Virus record (IMG/VR): IMGVR_UViG_3300035210_000132
Coordinates: 156,596-199,134 of that record
Length of the DNA: 42,539 nucleotides
Direction: 5' to 3' (one strand)
Source of the DNA: a virus
Positions 24,672 through 32,081 of the stretch are shown one piece after another. Under the pieces are notes generated by a model. That model was not told the origin of the DNA. It was given only the letters and a program-made list of their open reading frames with translations, and did no database searches. Position numbers and translations under genes: made by a program. Positions within the stretch are counted from its first letter, which is position 1, and each line of letters opens with the position of its first letter.

Positions 24672-27564
24672 AGCTCCTAGGTGTATGGGCTGAGTTGGGA
24701 GCGATGACATCAGGGCGAGGGTTGCGGATCATCGAAGCCAGGAAGCACACCAAGATGGCGTGGAAGGTATCGTCGGTAGAGTTGGGGGACTTCTTGTAGA
24801 CGTTCTGGCGCAGCTGCTCAGAATATTCCGAAAAAATATTCAGCATGTCGGACCCAAAGGGATTCTGGAATTGCTCCCAATTGGGGAACCGGAAGACGTT
24901 GCGACGCTTGATGGCGTTGAAGACATCCGACATGACCTCGGTCCTATGCACCAGGAAGCGCTTGAGGCCATCCTGCCACTGGACCTTCGTCGAGGGCTGC
25001 GAGTACTGGTACTTGACAATTCTCTGAAAACCAAAACGCCGGGTGAGCTCATCGTTGGGCCAGAAACCACCACCGTAGTCACAGCCCACCAGCTGCACGT
25101 TGTACTGGTGGATCAGCTTGGAGATCTCGTCGATTTGAATCTCTGGCTCCGACTCCCGACCCTCGTAGCGGTGCACGTAGAAGATGGAGAACTTGCCGTC
25201 ACCCATGTAGCATCCCAGGGTGAGAATAGTGTACGTACGTTCTCCTGTGTTCCCTTGGTAGGCGATGCAGCCATTCCTCTCAGTGACGATGTACCCGGAG
25301 GGCACGGTGCAGCAGTAGACCTTGCCGTTGTAAGGAACCTTCTCGATTCTCGTGCTGGGAGAGTTGAAGTGGTGATCCTGACCCCGAGACCACAGGACTC
25401 TCCAACGAGCCTTGCGGCCTTCCGATGCAGGCTTGTGCAAAACGAGCTTCGCTCGTAGCCCGAGCTTGATACACATCTCCTGGAAGTCTTCGCAGAGGCC
25501 CTTCGAGGTCGAATAGTAGGCTCCGTTGTAGTTCCCGGTCCTCGTATCGACGTGCCCGTCACCCAACATCATGGCCCAGAACAAGATGGAAAGCTGACGA
25601 CTCGAGAGTTCCAGGAACTGACGAGGGATCCTCTTCGTGTCGCCGGTGCGACCGACGTTTTTATCTACCCAGTCCCAGAACTGCTTGCCGCAGATGGTCC
25701 AGTTAACGTCCCCAGTCTTGGGGTTCGGGAACTCTGAGAACGGGATGTCATTACGACGGAAGCACTCTCGGATCTGAGCCACTCTCTCGGCGTTGACGGT
25801 TTCGCGCTGGGAGAGCTTGATGCAGTAGGGCTTTCCTTCTCTCAAGCAGAGACCGCCCTCGGACAGGTAGTACCCGAGGAACTCCAGCCATCCATCCATG
25901 CGGAACAGCGCATCCGAACTTCCCTGATAACCAGGAGACGTAGGCAGACCTGGAAGAACGAAAGCATCTTCTTCCTTGCCGAGCCAGATCACGGATCCGG
26001 CGAACTTCACGTGACCTCCACGCTCAGCAACTTCTCCGGCCGACTCCGTGACCCAGTCTTGCCACTCTCCGCCAGCTTGGGGCCGCACCCTCATCCGATG
26101 GGTGTGGGTGAGCATCATGTCGATGTTCTTCGACTTGAAGTGGAGAAGCGGCTGATCCCAGTCCCTGACCGTTCTGACTTTAGGAGTGACGTAGGACATT
26201 TCCCGCGTGGCTGGATCCCACTGCGCGACTTTGTCCTCGTCCGTCAAATCCTTGAAGTGAACGAACCCTCTAGGGGTGAGGATTTTGGTCTGTTCATCAT
26301 GGCAGCCCCAGTCAATTCCCGCATAGACAGGAAAAGCACCGCCGATGAAGTTGCGTATCTGTTCTTGATATTCCGTGGTCAGGAGCAAGCGGCTATCGCA
26401 GTTGTCAACCACGTCCTGACGAGTAAGAGGCCGGGTACCAGAGTCATATGACAGCCCCAACACTTCATTGTAGAAGCTCGGGCGCGAGTAGGTCTTCTGC
26501 TTCTGCAGGATGTCTTGATGGCCCACCCAGGGCACCATCAGCTGGGGGATGCGGTAGCCCTCGTAGGGACGGGGGATCTTCAGGTCCGGGTTCAGCGACA
26601 CCCACTGCGCCATGGGATCGCTGGCGGTGATGGCCTTCTTGCACTTCTCGCAGATCAGGCTCTCCGGACCGATGTGGTCTTCCGTGAGGATGTTCCAGTA
26701 GACTCGGGTGACCTTGCCGCCCCCTTGGATGCTGTGCCGATGGCAGGGCACGGCCCACTCGTTCTGGGTCGAGAAGTTCACCCAATAGTACTCCATGGTG
26801 TTGTCGAGAGACTTGGGCGTTCCTGAATAGATGAACAAACCTCCCTTGTGCTCCTCCCCGTTGATCATGAGCACAGAGTGGGAGGCACACTCCTCGATGA
26901 CGGGGATGTTGTCGGTGAGCAGGTCCTGAAGCTCATCCAAGCAAATCACGTCAGCCGGGATACCACGAACACGGTCGGCGTTCAGGTACGAGTAGCGCAG
27001 CGTGATCTGGCTGCGGTTGATGAACTTCTTCAAGAAGACGTTGTCGCTGAGCTTGGTGGTGGTCCAAGACTTGAGGTACGGTGAGGTCTCGATGGGTTCT
27101 TTGAGCCTGTCTTGTGAGAACACCTTGGTCTGCATGTTCGTGGGAGCGACATACAGGGAGTTCAGGGCGGTGTTGATGCAGGAGTAGGAGAGGAGCTTGT
27201 TGCCCAGCATGGTCGACTTTTCGACCTGCCGACCGCACTTGAGGAGGATATTCTTGGCTGGGGTGTCGTAGATCTGCTTTAGGTAGTGCCGATCGGCGAA
27301 AGAGAAGGGCTTGTACGTCTGCGACTTCTTGTCCGGCATCATGATGGCGAACTGCGTGAACTCAGAAGGAGTGATAGAAACCATCTCCCCCATCTTCTGG
27401 TTCAAGAACTCGACATCGAAGGTATCTTCTGGGTCAGCCTCGACATCCCACTCTTCAGGGAGGTTGATGCTGTGGTAATTCCGATCGTCGTAAGTAACTG
27501 TATGGTGTTCTTGTTCCCGTTCCCAACTTGACCGATCTTCTATGATCTCGAACGCCATAGACAC
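24670..27564 (-). CDS. terL: Terminase large subunit (964-aa precursor; ~612-aa mature protein after intein removal).
   Basis: Deviant Walker A KCGRQVEKST and Walker B ICLDE in the N-terminal ATPase domain. Nuclease motif AGIDWG with the extein resuming TGERTYTILTLG (RNase H-like beta strands). C-terminal region typical of TerL. The coding sequence is interrupted by an intein. Confidence 0.88.
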   Translation of the reverse strand: MSMAFEIIEDRSSWEREQEHHTVTYDDRNYHSINLPEEWDVEADPEDTFDVEFLNQKMGEMVSITPSEFTQFAIMMPDKKSQTYKPFSFADRHYLKQIYDTPAKNILLKCGRQVEKSTMLGNKLLSYSCINTALNSLYVAPTNMQTKVFSQDRLKEPIETSPYLKSWTTTKLSDNVFLKKFINRSQITLRYSYLNADRVRGIPADVICLDELQDLLTDNIPVIEECASHSVLMINGEEHKGGLFIYSGTPKSLDNTMEYYWVNFSTQNEWAVPCHRHSIQGGGKVTRVYWNILTEDHIGPESLICEKCKKAITASDPMAQWVSLNPDLKIPRPYEGYRIPQLMVPWVGHQDILQKQKTYSRPSFYNEVLGLSYDSGTRPLTRQDVVDNCDSRLLLTTEYQEQIRNFIGGAFPVYAGIDWGCHDEQTKILTPRGFVHFKDLTDEDKVAQWDPATREMSYVTPKVRTVRDWDQPLLHFKSKNIDMMLTHTHRMRVRPQAGGEWQDWVTESAGEVAERGGHVKFAGSVIWLGKEEDAFVLPGLPTSPGYQGSSDALFRMDGWLEFLGYYLSEGGLCLREGKPYCIKLSQRETVNAERVAQIRECFRRNDIPFSEFPNPKTGDVNWTICGKQFWDWVDKNVGRTGDTKRIPRQFLELSSRQLSILFWAMMLGDGHVDTRTGNYNGAYYSTSKGLCEDFQEMCIKLGLRAKLVLHKPASEGRKARWRVLWSRGQDHHFNSPSTRIEKVPYNGKVYCCTVPSGYIVTERNGCIAYQGNTGERTYTILTLGCYMGDGKFSIFYVHRYEGRESEPEIQIDEISKLIHQYNVQLVGCDYGGGFWPNDELTRRFGFQRIVKYQYSQPSTKVQWQDGLKRFLVHRTEVMSDVFNAIKRRNVFRFPNWEQFQNPFGSDMLNIFSEYSEQLRQNVYKKSPNSTDDTFHAILVCFLASMIRNPRPDVIAPNSAHTPRS
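25249..27304 (-). mobile_element. Intein (~352 aa, TerL residues 421-772) with an embedded LAGLIDADG homing endonuclease, inserted right after the catalytic GIDWG nuclease motif.
   Basis: Intein block A (C-HDEQTKILTPRGFVHFKDL), block B (MMLTHTHRM), two LAGLIDADG-like motifs (LEFLGYYLSEGGL and ILFWAMMLGDGHV), block F (VYCCTVPSGYIVTERNG) and a C-terminal ...CIAYQGN followed by Thr at +1. The penultimate residue is Gly instead of the usual His. Confidence 0.78.
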
Positions 27565-27593
27565 AACCCTACAGCAAGCTTAGACTTTTTGCA

Positions 27594-27893
27594 ATGCACC
27601 CCAAGCTCGCATGGATCCCAGGACTCCAAGAAGCCCTTAACGGAGCTATGGGGATTTCAATTGTAGCGACCGTCGAAGATCATGTAGATCCTCTGAAGAA
27701 GTTGGTGGTGCTGACGTTCAGCGAGGAGATTAGAAAAGGCGAGTATCAACCTATCCAGCATCTGGCGCAGGGCTTCGCCAAGGCCAATGACTGTGTCCTC
27801 GAGCGCATCCGTCGTAGGCCCAAAGCCTTGGTCCTGGAGATCCTAACCAAGCGAAGACTGGGGCCCATCAGTGACAAGAACCCCCTTTCCTAG
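27594..27893 (+). CDS. Hypothetical protein (99 aa), first gene of the plus-strand islet. Start uncertain (alternative MGISIVATV...).
   Basis: Complete ORF. No clear SD for the first ATG; a GGAG precedes the internal ATG. Confidence 0.4.
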   Translation: MHPKLAWIPGLQEALNGAMGISIVATVEDHVDPLKKLVVLTFSEEIRKGEYQPIQHLAQGFAKANDCVLERIRRRPKALVLEILTKRRLGPISDKNPLS

Positions 27894-27920
27894 AGATAAG
27901 GCACTACCAGGAGGAGTTAC

Positions 27921-28646
27921 ATGTCTTTTCTCATCTGCGGCATGGATGAGGTCGGTCGAGGAGCTTTAGCAGGCCCCCTCATCGCCGTAGCCGCCATGTT
28001 CGACGGAGAGCGAGAAGAAGAGAGCTGGAAGCGCGAGCACAGCCCCATCGAGGGCGTCAACGACTCGAAGGCCATCTCTACCCACGCCAAGCGCCTAGAA
28101 GTGTACCATCGTATTTTACGTAGCAAGCATCTTGTGGACTTTGGTATCGGAGAGATCTCCGCTGCTGAGATCAACGCAAAGGGCATCACCCAAGCTAACT
28201 TTTACGCCTTTCATAATGCGGTCTATGACACCAAGCCTGAGGCCCAGTGGTTACTGTTAGACGGGGACATCCCTTGTGGAAGCTGGCGCTACAGTGCGCA
28301 AGATTTTAGGCCCAAGGGGGATTCCTATTGGTGGCCAGTAGGAGCAGCCAGTATCCTGGCAAAAGTGATCCGGGATCGGTACATGATGGAGGTCGCCAAG
28401 GAGTTCCCTGACTATGGCTTCGAGAGCCACGTAGGTTATGGCACCAAGGTACACGAAGAGGCTCTGAGACGGCTGGGTCCGACGGTATACCATCGCACGC
28501 AGTTCATCCAAAAAATCTTGGGAGGAAGTTCGTATGATCAGTCGCTACCTGAACATGGTCCAAGAGTTCAACCGAGCCATCCAAGCCCCCAGAGGATGGG
28601 AAGCAAAAGGGCTCCGAGGGAAGCTCATCGTAGAAGAAGCGGGTGA
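27921..28646 (+). CDS. rnhB: Ribonuclease HII (241 aa).
   Basis: Motifs read directly and aligned to bacterial RnhB: GMDEVGRGALAGPL (DEVGRG), NDSKAIS, LLDGD, KGDS...ASILAKVIRD, FPDYGFESHVGYG, YHRTQF. AGGAGG RBS. The 3' end overlaps the next gene by 113 nt. Confidence 0.9.
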   Translation: MSFLICGMDEVGRGALAGPLIAVAAMFDGEREEESWKREHSPIEGVNDSKAISTHAKRLEVYHRILRSKHLVDFGIGEISAAEINAKGITQANFYAFHNAVYDTKPEAQWLLLDGDIPCGSWRYSAQDFRPKGDSYWWPVGAASILAKVIRDRYMMEVAKEFPDYGFESHVGYGTKVHEEALRRLGPTVYHRTQFIQKILGGSSYDQSLPEHGPRVQPSHPSPQRMGSKRAPREAHRRRSG

Positions 28647-29121
28647 GCTCCTGCATGCACTTCACGCGAAAGACCCCATCGCTCTGATCGACGGTATCTG
28701 TGATCTGCTCTATGTACTCTACGGAGCGGCGGACACCTTTGATCTCCCTCTAGGACGTATTGCCGAAGAAGACCTGCAACCTCGCATCCCTGCGCTGTCC
28801 TTCGAAGAGATCCAGGAGAATGCCAAAGACTTCCAGTCCACCATCGCCGGGGTGCTAGCCGACATCCAGATGCAGAATATCGGGATGCTTTTGGCTGGCC
28901 TACGTGATGCCATCGGAGGTTGCTGGTTGATCGCCAGTGAGGGCCTGGGCCTAGCCCTTGGACCCTTCTTCGAAGAAGTCCACCGCACCAACATGCTGAA
29001 GGTGACCGGCCCTGTCAGAGCCGATGGTAAGAAGCTCAAACCCGAAGGGTGGATCGGGCCTCGCATCGAGGACATGTACGCGAAGCGAAAAGGCATGCCG
29101 TGCCCAGAGGGTACTCCTTAG
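28534..29121 (+). CDS. mazG: MazG-like all-alpha nucleoside triphosphate pyrophosphohydrolase (195 aa).
   Basis: Acidic metal-binding helix motif KLIVEEAGELLHALHAKDP, a second conserved acidic helix (EEDLQ...FEEIQE), and phage house-cleaning context. GGAGG RBS. Confidence 0.55.
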   Translation: MISRYLNMVQEFNRAIQAPRGWEAKGLRGKLIVEEAGELLHALHAKDPIALIDGICDLLYVLYGAADTFDLPLGRIAEEDLQPRIPALSFEEIQENAKDFQSTIAGVLADIQMQNIGMLLAGLRDAIGGCWLIASEGLGLALGPFFEEVHRTNMLKVTGPVRADGKKLKPEGWIGPRIEDMYAKRKGMPCPEGTP

Positions 29122-29131
29122 GAGCAGTTCG

Positions 29132-29356
29132 ATGGCCGATCCTAAGGGGAAGGGTAAGAAAGAAGACCTGATCCCCACCAAACCACTACGTCCACTTCAC
29201 AACGATCCCGACTTCCATGCTTTCCGCCTCGAGTACAAGGTCGATCTGAAGACGGGCATCATTTATGTCACGTACGTCTGTTCCGACTGTGCACTCCGCC
29301 ATGTCGAGGTGCATGCTCCGGTTAAGAATTTTCATGCCCCCCTTAAAAAGGACTAA
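29132..29356 (+). CDS. Small protein (74 aa; MADPKGKGKKEDLIP...YVCSDCALRHVEVH) with a basic N-terminus and a CxxC motif.
   Basis: The ORF track starts it at 29024, inside mazG. The ATG at 29132 has an AGGAG RBS and begins right after the mazG stop. Confidence 0.45.
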   Translation: MADPKGKGKKEDLIPTKPLRPLHNDPDFHAFRLEYKVDLKTGIIYVTYVCSDCALRHVEVHAPVKNFHAPLKKD

Positions 29357-29359
29357 CGG

Positions 29360-29962
29360 ATGAAGAGCTTGGTCGTTGTCTGTGACCTCGACAGCATTGT
29401 CATCGATCTTCTTGGCCCCTGGTTAGACTGGTACAACAGCAAGTGGAAAGACTCTCTTACTGTGGATGACCTCGTCCAATACGACATCCACAAAATCGTC
29501 AACCCAGATTGTGGTACCCAGATCTACGACTTCCTACACGACAGCCCAGAACGCTATCGAAAACTGCCCCCTATTCAAGGGGCGGTCGCATCGCTGAAGC
29601 TCTTGCAAGATGCCGGGCATGATCTCATTCTAGCCTCTGCCGTACTGGGGGACACTGCTGGCGAGAAGTTCCGTTGGTGCCACCAGAACTTGCCGTTCCT
29701 ACCTACACAAAACCTCATGGTTGGGGCACGGAAAGAACGCATCTGGGGCGATATCTTCATCGACGATGCCCCCAAAAACTTACTGGCGTACCGAGCGTGC
29801 TGGTCCGAGGCTACGTTGATGTCGATCATGTACCCCTACAACCGCCACATGACGGCTCACGTCGATGTGCATGCCGACGGGTACCTAGACACAGGAAAAG
29901 CCTGGAGTGAGATAGTGAAGGCGATTCAAGATATCGCCGAGTATGATGAGCAGAATACGTAG
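29360..29962 (+). CDS. HAD-superfamily 5'(3')-deoxyribonucleotidase-like protein (200 aa).
   Basis: Motif I VVVCDLDSIVIDL (DxD), a mid motif LPPIQGAVASLKLL, and motif IV GDIFIDDAP. These align with mitochondrial/cytosolic dNT-1/2 (VLVDMDGVLADF ... LIDDRP). Confidence 0.65.
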   Translation: MKSLVVVCDLDSIVIDLLGPWLDWYNSKWKDSLTVDDLVQYDIHKIVNPDCGTQIYDFLHDSPERYRKLPPIQGAVASLKLLQDAGHDLILASAVLGDTAGEKFRWCHQNLPFLPTQNLMVGARKERIWGDIFIDDAPKNLLAYRACWSEATLMSIMYPYNRHMTAHVDVHADGYLDTGKAWSEIVKAIQDIAEYDEQNT

Positions 29963-29968
29963 AAGAAG

Positions 29969-29991
29969 AGAAAGACCGCCCTGGTCTTTCT
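29969..29991. terminator. Hairpin terminator between the convergent nucleotidase gene and the minus-strand operon end.
   Basis: AGAAAGACC-gccct-GGTCTTTCT, a 9-bp perfect stem immediately after the TAG at 29960-29962. Pyrimidine/U-rich flank on the minus-strand side. Confidence 0.5.
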
Positions 29992-29997
29992 TAGCGA

Positions 29998-30285
29998 TCA
30001 GACAGCGTAAGGGCCGTACGGAGAGGCTTGTTCCTGGGCTACGACAGAGGGCACATAGTTCAGGGCAGCTGCTCGGTCACGCTCTCTCTGAGTCTGATGG
30101 ATACTCTTCACCTGGTTCCCTACGAAACCTGCCGTTCCTCCGATGGCTGCTCCCGCACCAGTACCGATGACCTTCCCTGCCACTGAGTTAGGAGCCGCAA
30201 GGAAACCCCCTACGGCTCCTACGGTACCGGCAAGTGCGATCTTGGTGAGCTCGTCACGGAAGCCTTGGATCATGGCCAAGCGCAT
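29998..30285 (-). CDS. Small Gly-zipper membrane protein (95 aa), last gene of the RNAP-led operon. Holin-like or pore-forming candidate.
   Basis: IALAGTVGAVGGFLAAPNSVAGKVIGTGAGAAIGGTAGFVG read directly (repeated GxxxG/A), with a charged C-terminus. Confidence 0.45.
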   Translation of the reverse strand: MRLAMIQGFRDELTKIALAGTVGAVGGFLAAPNSVAGKVIGTGAGAAIGGTAGFVGNQVKSIHQTQRERDRAAALNYVPSVVAQEQASPYGPYAV

Positions 30286-30683
30286 CAGCTGATCCTTTTG
30301 TCTAGGGCGTCGAATACCTGGATCACGAGAGGGTCTGCCATCGGGTTACCGGCGTAGCCGATCACCTTGACTGCCCAGGAGTTGAGCTCCTCAGCGAACG
30401 CAGCTTGGATCCGATCCTCGAGCTTGAAGACTTCCAGGAAGGCTGCAGCTAGCTTCTCCTCGAAGTGTAAAATCTCTGTCTCAAGGAAGAAGTGATAGAT
30501 GTAGTCATCCCCTCGCTGGGCTACTTCGGCCACATACATCTTCCGGTCGGTACGGTAGAACTCCAAGGGAGCGAATGGAGTCGGTGGCGCCAGCTTGACC
30601 ACTTCATCGGATACATTAGGACGGGTCTTCGCCCCTGCCTCAACCCGAGCCATCCAGTCCTGGTACGCGTTGGTCTCGATCAT
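30285..30683 (-). CDS. Hypothetical protein (132 aa).
   Basis: Complete ORF, 4-nt overlap with the upstream gene. Confidence 0.5.
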   Translation of the reverse strand: MIETNAYQDWMARVEAGAKTRPNVSDEVVKLAPPTPFAPLEFYRTDRKMYVAEVAQRGDDYIYHFFLETEILHFEEKLAAAFLEVFKLEDRIQAAFAEELNSWAVKVIGYAGNPMADPLVIQVFDALDKRIS

Positions 30684-31549
30684 ACCTCAACCTCATCAGA
30701 AGGAGCCTCAAGCATCTTGACGCCTGAGTTGGAGTAATTGCCGTCCGGGGCCAGCTCCCTCATACCTGGAGGGGTCTTCTTGCTGTGCTGCATGCGGAAC
30801 TGTTCGAAGGCCTTGAGCGAATCTTTCAAAGCTCCATCAGCTTGGGAGAGCTGCATGTCCAAGAGAGTAGCCGACCGGGCCAGGGCGGAGAATGCCTTTG
30901 TACGGCTGAGCCCGTGCTCCTTGGTCTTCCACTCCCTGAAGTCGAAGTACACGCCTTCCAACATGTCTTTGAGGATGGTCTTCGAGTCGATGGACTGCTG
31001 GAAGCCCATCTTGTGGAGAGCCATGGCTGGGCCCACCTGAATGATCGACAGCGTGTTCTGGCGCTGAGTGTCGTAGTCTTTCAGTAGCTGTGACCAGTCT
31101 TCCACAGTGAGTCTAGCGACATTCCAGTAGTAGTGCCCGTAGGCCTCGATGCCCTCACTCGTGAAGAACTCCCCCAAACGAGCATTGGCCTTCTTGGCGA
31201 TCTCTTTAGGATCCATGCGGCCCAGCAAGAGGTTCTCGACAATAGGACGAGCTCGTAGGTTGATTACCAAGAGCTGCGCTTCTCGGGAGGGCTTGTCTGG
31301 GTTGTGTAGTCCGTAGATACCTTCCGCCCTCATGAACCTCACAGACTCTCTGTGATAGCGATTGTTGGGCTGGAAGTTAGAAGGCCGTCTCGAGTTGAGG
31401 TCGGCTCGCAGCCACATGAGGTAGTCTTGCTCTGGCAAGGGGAAGCCCAGAGAGACTAGGGTCGTAGCAACCCACTGATCCTGCCCTGACTGAGGATGGC
31501 TCGAGGTCATGAGGAACTTGCAGAAGTTCGCGCTAGGATGCGGGATCAT
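30680..31549 (-). CDS. Hypothetical protein (~289 aa from MIPHPSANF...).
   Basis: The ORF track begins at 31582. The ATG at 31549 has an AGGAGG RBS 5 nt upstream and forms an ATGA overlap with the C39 peptidase stop. Confidence 0.5.
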   Translation of the reverse strand: MIPHPSANFCKFLMTSSHPQSGQDQWVATTLVSLGFPLPEQDYLMWLRADLNSRRPSNFQPNNRYHRESVRFMRAEGIYGLHNPDKPSREAQLLVINLRARPIVENLLLGRMDPKEIAKKANARLGEFFTSEGIEAYGHYYWNVARLTVEDWSQLLKDYDTQRQNTLSIIQVGPAMALHKMGFQQSIDSKTILKDMLEGVYFDFREWKTKEHGLSRTKAFSALARSATLLDMQLSQADGALKDSLKAFEQFRMQHSKKTPPGMRELAPDGNYSNSGVKMLEAPSDEVEV

Positions 31550-32079
31550 GTGGCCTCCTGGGGCAGGATCACAATACCCCACTTATGGACTACCTCGTGT
31601 GGAGGTTCCATCTTATGATCCCACCATCGCGACTCCATCTCTGTTAGTGGGATGGTGCGTTGGTTACTGGGTGTGTTTGGATCCATGAGGTGGGCCTGTA
31701 CCTGATCCATAGACACCAACACGACATAGTGGCCCTTGCCCGGATGGTTCCAACTCTGTACGTCACAAATGATGGGTATTTGCTGGTCCAGCAAGATCTT
31801 GGCTTGCTTTAGAGAGTCGAAGCTGTACTCAAAGGCATCAAGCCCATACTGCCGAGCAGCTTCAGCAATCTCCGTGACCTCGGCACCTCTACCAGGACGA
31901 GCACCGATCAACTGCACCGCGGCCTCTTCTTCGATAGGAATGCCGTAGTGCTCAAGCACCGCCTTGAAGCACGCAGCGGAACAAGTCCACTGGGTCTTCT
32001 GCTGGTAGGGGCTGACCTTGGCGATCTTCTCGAGCTCGCTCAGGTGCTGTGTAGCTAGAATGTCACGGAGAATGCCCAT
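31546..32079 (-). CDS. Standalone peptidase C39-family (double-glycine/bacteriocin-processing-type) papain-like cysteine peptidase (177 aa).
   Basis: The full domain pattern was read directly: oxyanion Gln and catalytic Cys in SPYQQKTQWTCSAACFKAVLEHYG (C39 Q-x6-CG-x-A-x-L), then NHPGKGHYVVLVSMDQ...HLMDP (His, Asp, DP). Confidence 0.72.
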   Translation of the reverse strand: MGILRDILATQHLSELEKIAKVSPYQQKTQWTCSAACFKAVLEHYGIPIEEEAAVQLIGARPGRGAEVTEIAEAARQYGLDAFEYSFDSLKQAKILLDQQIPIICDVQSWNHPGKGHYVVLVSMDQVQAHLMDPNTPSNQRTIPLTEMESRWWDHKMEPPHEVVHKWGIVILPQEAT

Positions 32080-32081
32080 AT

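Noticed and set aside
24760-25458. 232-aa plus-strand ORF and other ORFs inside the terminase gene
   Set aside because: Antisense to, or out of frame with, the motif-supported TerL and intein coding sequence.
29024-29356. 110-aa ORF-track call overlapping the mazG 3' end
   Set aside because: The upstream part lies inside mazG in another frame. The ATG at 29132 with an AGGAG RBS gives a non-overlapping 74-aa gene, which is reported instead.
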